A DNA stretch of 63,430 nt, filler included, from Octopus bimaculoides (taxonomy: Eukaryota): assembly GCF_001194135.2 (NCBI RefSeq). It is 7 parts of 7 records of this genome, joined end to end, with 100 filler letters (N's around TTAATTAATTAA, not from the genome) between each part and the next. Parts side by side here need not be neighbours in the genome. Positions count along the whole stretch, not along the records: positions 45,325 to 63,430 come from NC_068982.1; 6 more parts are not named here. One strand, written 5' to 3'. Made by a program: the position numbers and the translations under genes. How positions within the stretch are numbered: position 1 is the first letter of the stretch; every line of letters begins with the position of its first letter. Under the pieces are notes generated by a model. It worked only from the letters and a program-made list of their open reading frames with translations. It was not told the origin of the DNA and made no database searches. Shown here piece after piece: positions 61,809-63,430 of this stretch.

Positions 61809-62690
61809 NNNNNNNNNNNNNNNNNNNNNNNNNNNNNNNNNNNNNNNNNNNNNNNNNNNNNNNNNNNNNNNNNNNNNNNNNNNNNNNNNNNNNNNNNNNN
61901 NNNNNNNNNNNNNNNNNNNNNNNNNNNNNNNNNNNNNNNNNNNNNNNNNNNNNNNNNNNNNNNNNNNNNNNNNNNNNNNNNNNNNNNNNNNNNNNNNNNN
62001 NNNNNNNNNNNNNNNNNNNNNNNNNNNNNNNNNNNNNNNNNNNNNNNNNNNNNNNNNNNNNNNNNNNNNNNNNNNNNNNNNNNNNNNNNNNNNNNNNNNN
62101 NNNNNNNNNNNNNNNNNNNNNNNNNNNNNNNNNNNNNNNNNNNNNNNNNNNNNNNNNNNNNNNNNNNNNNNNNNNNNNNNNNNNNNNNNNNNNNNNNNNN
62201 NNNNNNNNNNNNNNNNNNNNNNNNNNNNNNNNNNNNNNNNNNNNNNNNNNNNNNNNNNNNNNNNNNNNNNNNNNNNNNNNNNNNNNNNNNNNNNNNNNNN
62301 NNNNNNNNNNNNNNNNNNNNNNNNNNNNNNNNNNNNNNNNNNNNNNNNNNNNNNNNNNNNNNNNNNNNNNNNNNNNNNNNNNNNNNNNNNNNNNNNNNNN
62401 NNNNNNNNNNNNNNNNNNNNNNNNNNNNNNNNNNNNNNNNNNNNNNNNNNNNNNNNNNNNNNNNNNNNNNNNNNNNNNNNNNNNNNNNNNNNNNNNNNNN
62501 NNNNNNNNNNNNNNNNNNNNNNNNNNNNNNNNNNNNNNNNNNNNNNNNNNNNNNNNNNNNNNNNNNNNNNNNNNNNNNNNNNNNNNNNNNNNNNNNNNNN
62601 NNNNNNNNNNNNNNNNNNNNNNNNNNNNNNNNNNNNNNNNNNNNNNNNNNNNNNNNNNNNNNNNNNNNNNNNNNNNNNNNNNNNNNNNNN

Positions 62691-63430
62691 TTTACACGGT
62701 GATCCCTCACGATGGGGGGCTGCATGCACTCCAGCATTTCCTTAGCCTTCGACCCAACCCCCAACCCGGCACATCCACACTCGTTCGTCAGACCGATCTT
62801 GTCCTCTCACTCAACTGCTTCTCGTTCGCTGGTGATTTTACCAACATTCTCGGGAGTGGCCATGGGAACGAGAATGGACCCCACCTATGCGAACCTGTTC
62901 GTTGACTACGTTGAGGCCCAAATATTCTCAAGTTTCACTGGCCCCGCTCCTGAACTAAACGGCCGTTATATTGACGACAGTATCGGTGCGACCTCACTCT
63001 CCCGCGAACATCTAGACTCCTTCCACTCTCTTATCAAATCTTTCCATCCTGCCCTCCACTTCTGCTGCACTATCTCTGACACCTCTGTCTCTTTCTTGAC
63101 ATTTCGGTCAGCATTCATCACTCCACTCTCACCACTTCCATCCACTACAAGCACACAGACTCACACTCATACCTAAATTTCTCCTCCTCCCACCCTAAAC
63201 ACACCAAGCTTTCCATCCCCTATTCCCAGTTCCTCCGTCTACGCAGGCTCTGTTGTGACAACCATGACTTTGAGACTCAGTCTCAACTCATGGCTCGCCA
63301 CTTCATCCTACGTGGATATCCCTTCACCACTATCCACACCGCCCTTGCCAGAGCACGTTCTGTGGACCGTGCATCTGCTATCTCTCCCGCACCCATCCCG
63401 CCGTCTCCCGTCTCCCGTTTCCCCTCATCT
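62691..63430 (+). mobile_element. Penelope-like element RT fragment, running off the window
   Basis: GVAMGTRMDPTYANLFV...RYIDD...FHPALHF and HSYLNFSSSHPKHTKLSIPYSQFLRLRRLC. Confidence 0.9.

Noticed and set aside
61404-62764. Long ORFs in the track that span N runs (also at 13, 38, 40, 43, 46 and 48 kb)
   Set aside because: Their length is an artefact of untranslated N. Only the flanking transposon-derived parts are real.
1-63430. CRISPR arrays, rRNA, intact tRNA or prokaryotic operons
   Set aside because: None seen. The repeats are microsatellites or retroelements, and the sequence is eukaryotic.

Overview
AT-rich, microsatellite-saturated animal genomic DNA from a gapped draft assembly, with many N runs. 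Six of the gaps carry an artificial TTAATTAATTAA spacer. The repeat landscape makes a coleoid cephalopod (Octopus-like) the most likely source; this is an inference. Two host genes are supported. The first is a single-exon MSL2-family RING E3 ligase ORF (6021-7037, +) that has no CXC domain. The second is the first coding exon of a Y_phosphatase3/IphP-like tyrosine or lipid phosphatase (37474-37746, +), whose remaining exons I could not find in the window. A few orphan candidate exons and a likely promoter lie at 49-59 kb. Most of the rest is transposon debris: mariner (DD34D), maT (DD37D), a piggyBac-type MITE, a 780-bp foldback element, RTE, CR1, R4/Dong and Penelope-like retroelements, and at least four tRNA-derived SINE families, many inserted into simple repeats. 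There are no rRNA, intact tRNA or CRISPR features. The best leads are the CXC-less MSL2, the microbial-type phosphatase, an orphan ORF with an AP2-like motif, the long foldback and inverted repeats as dsRNA or editing substrates, and a structured GC-rich island at 8.2-8.4 kb.
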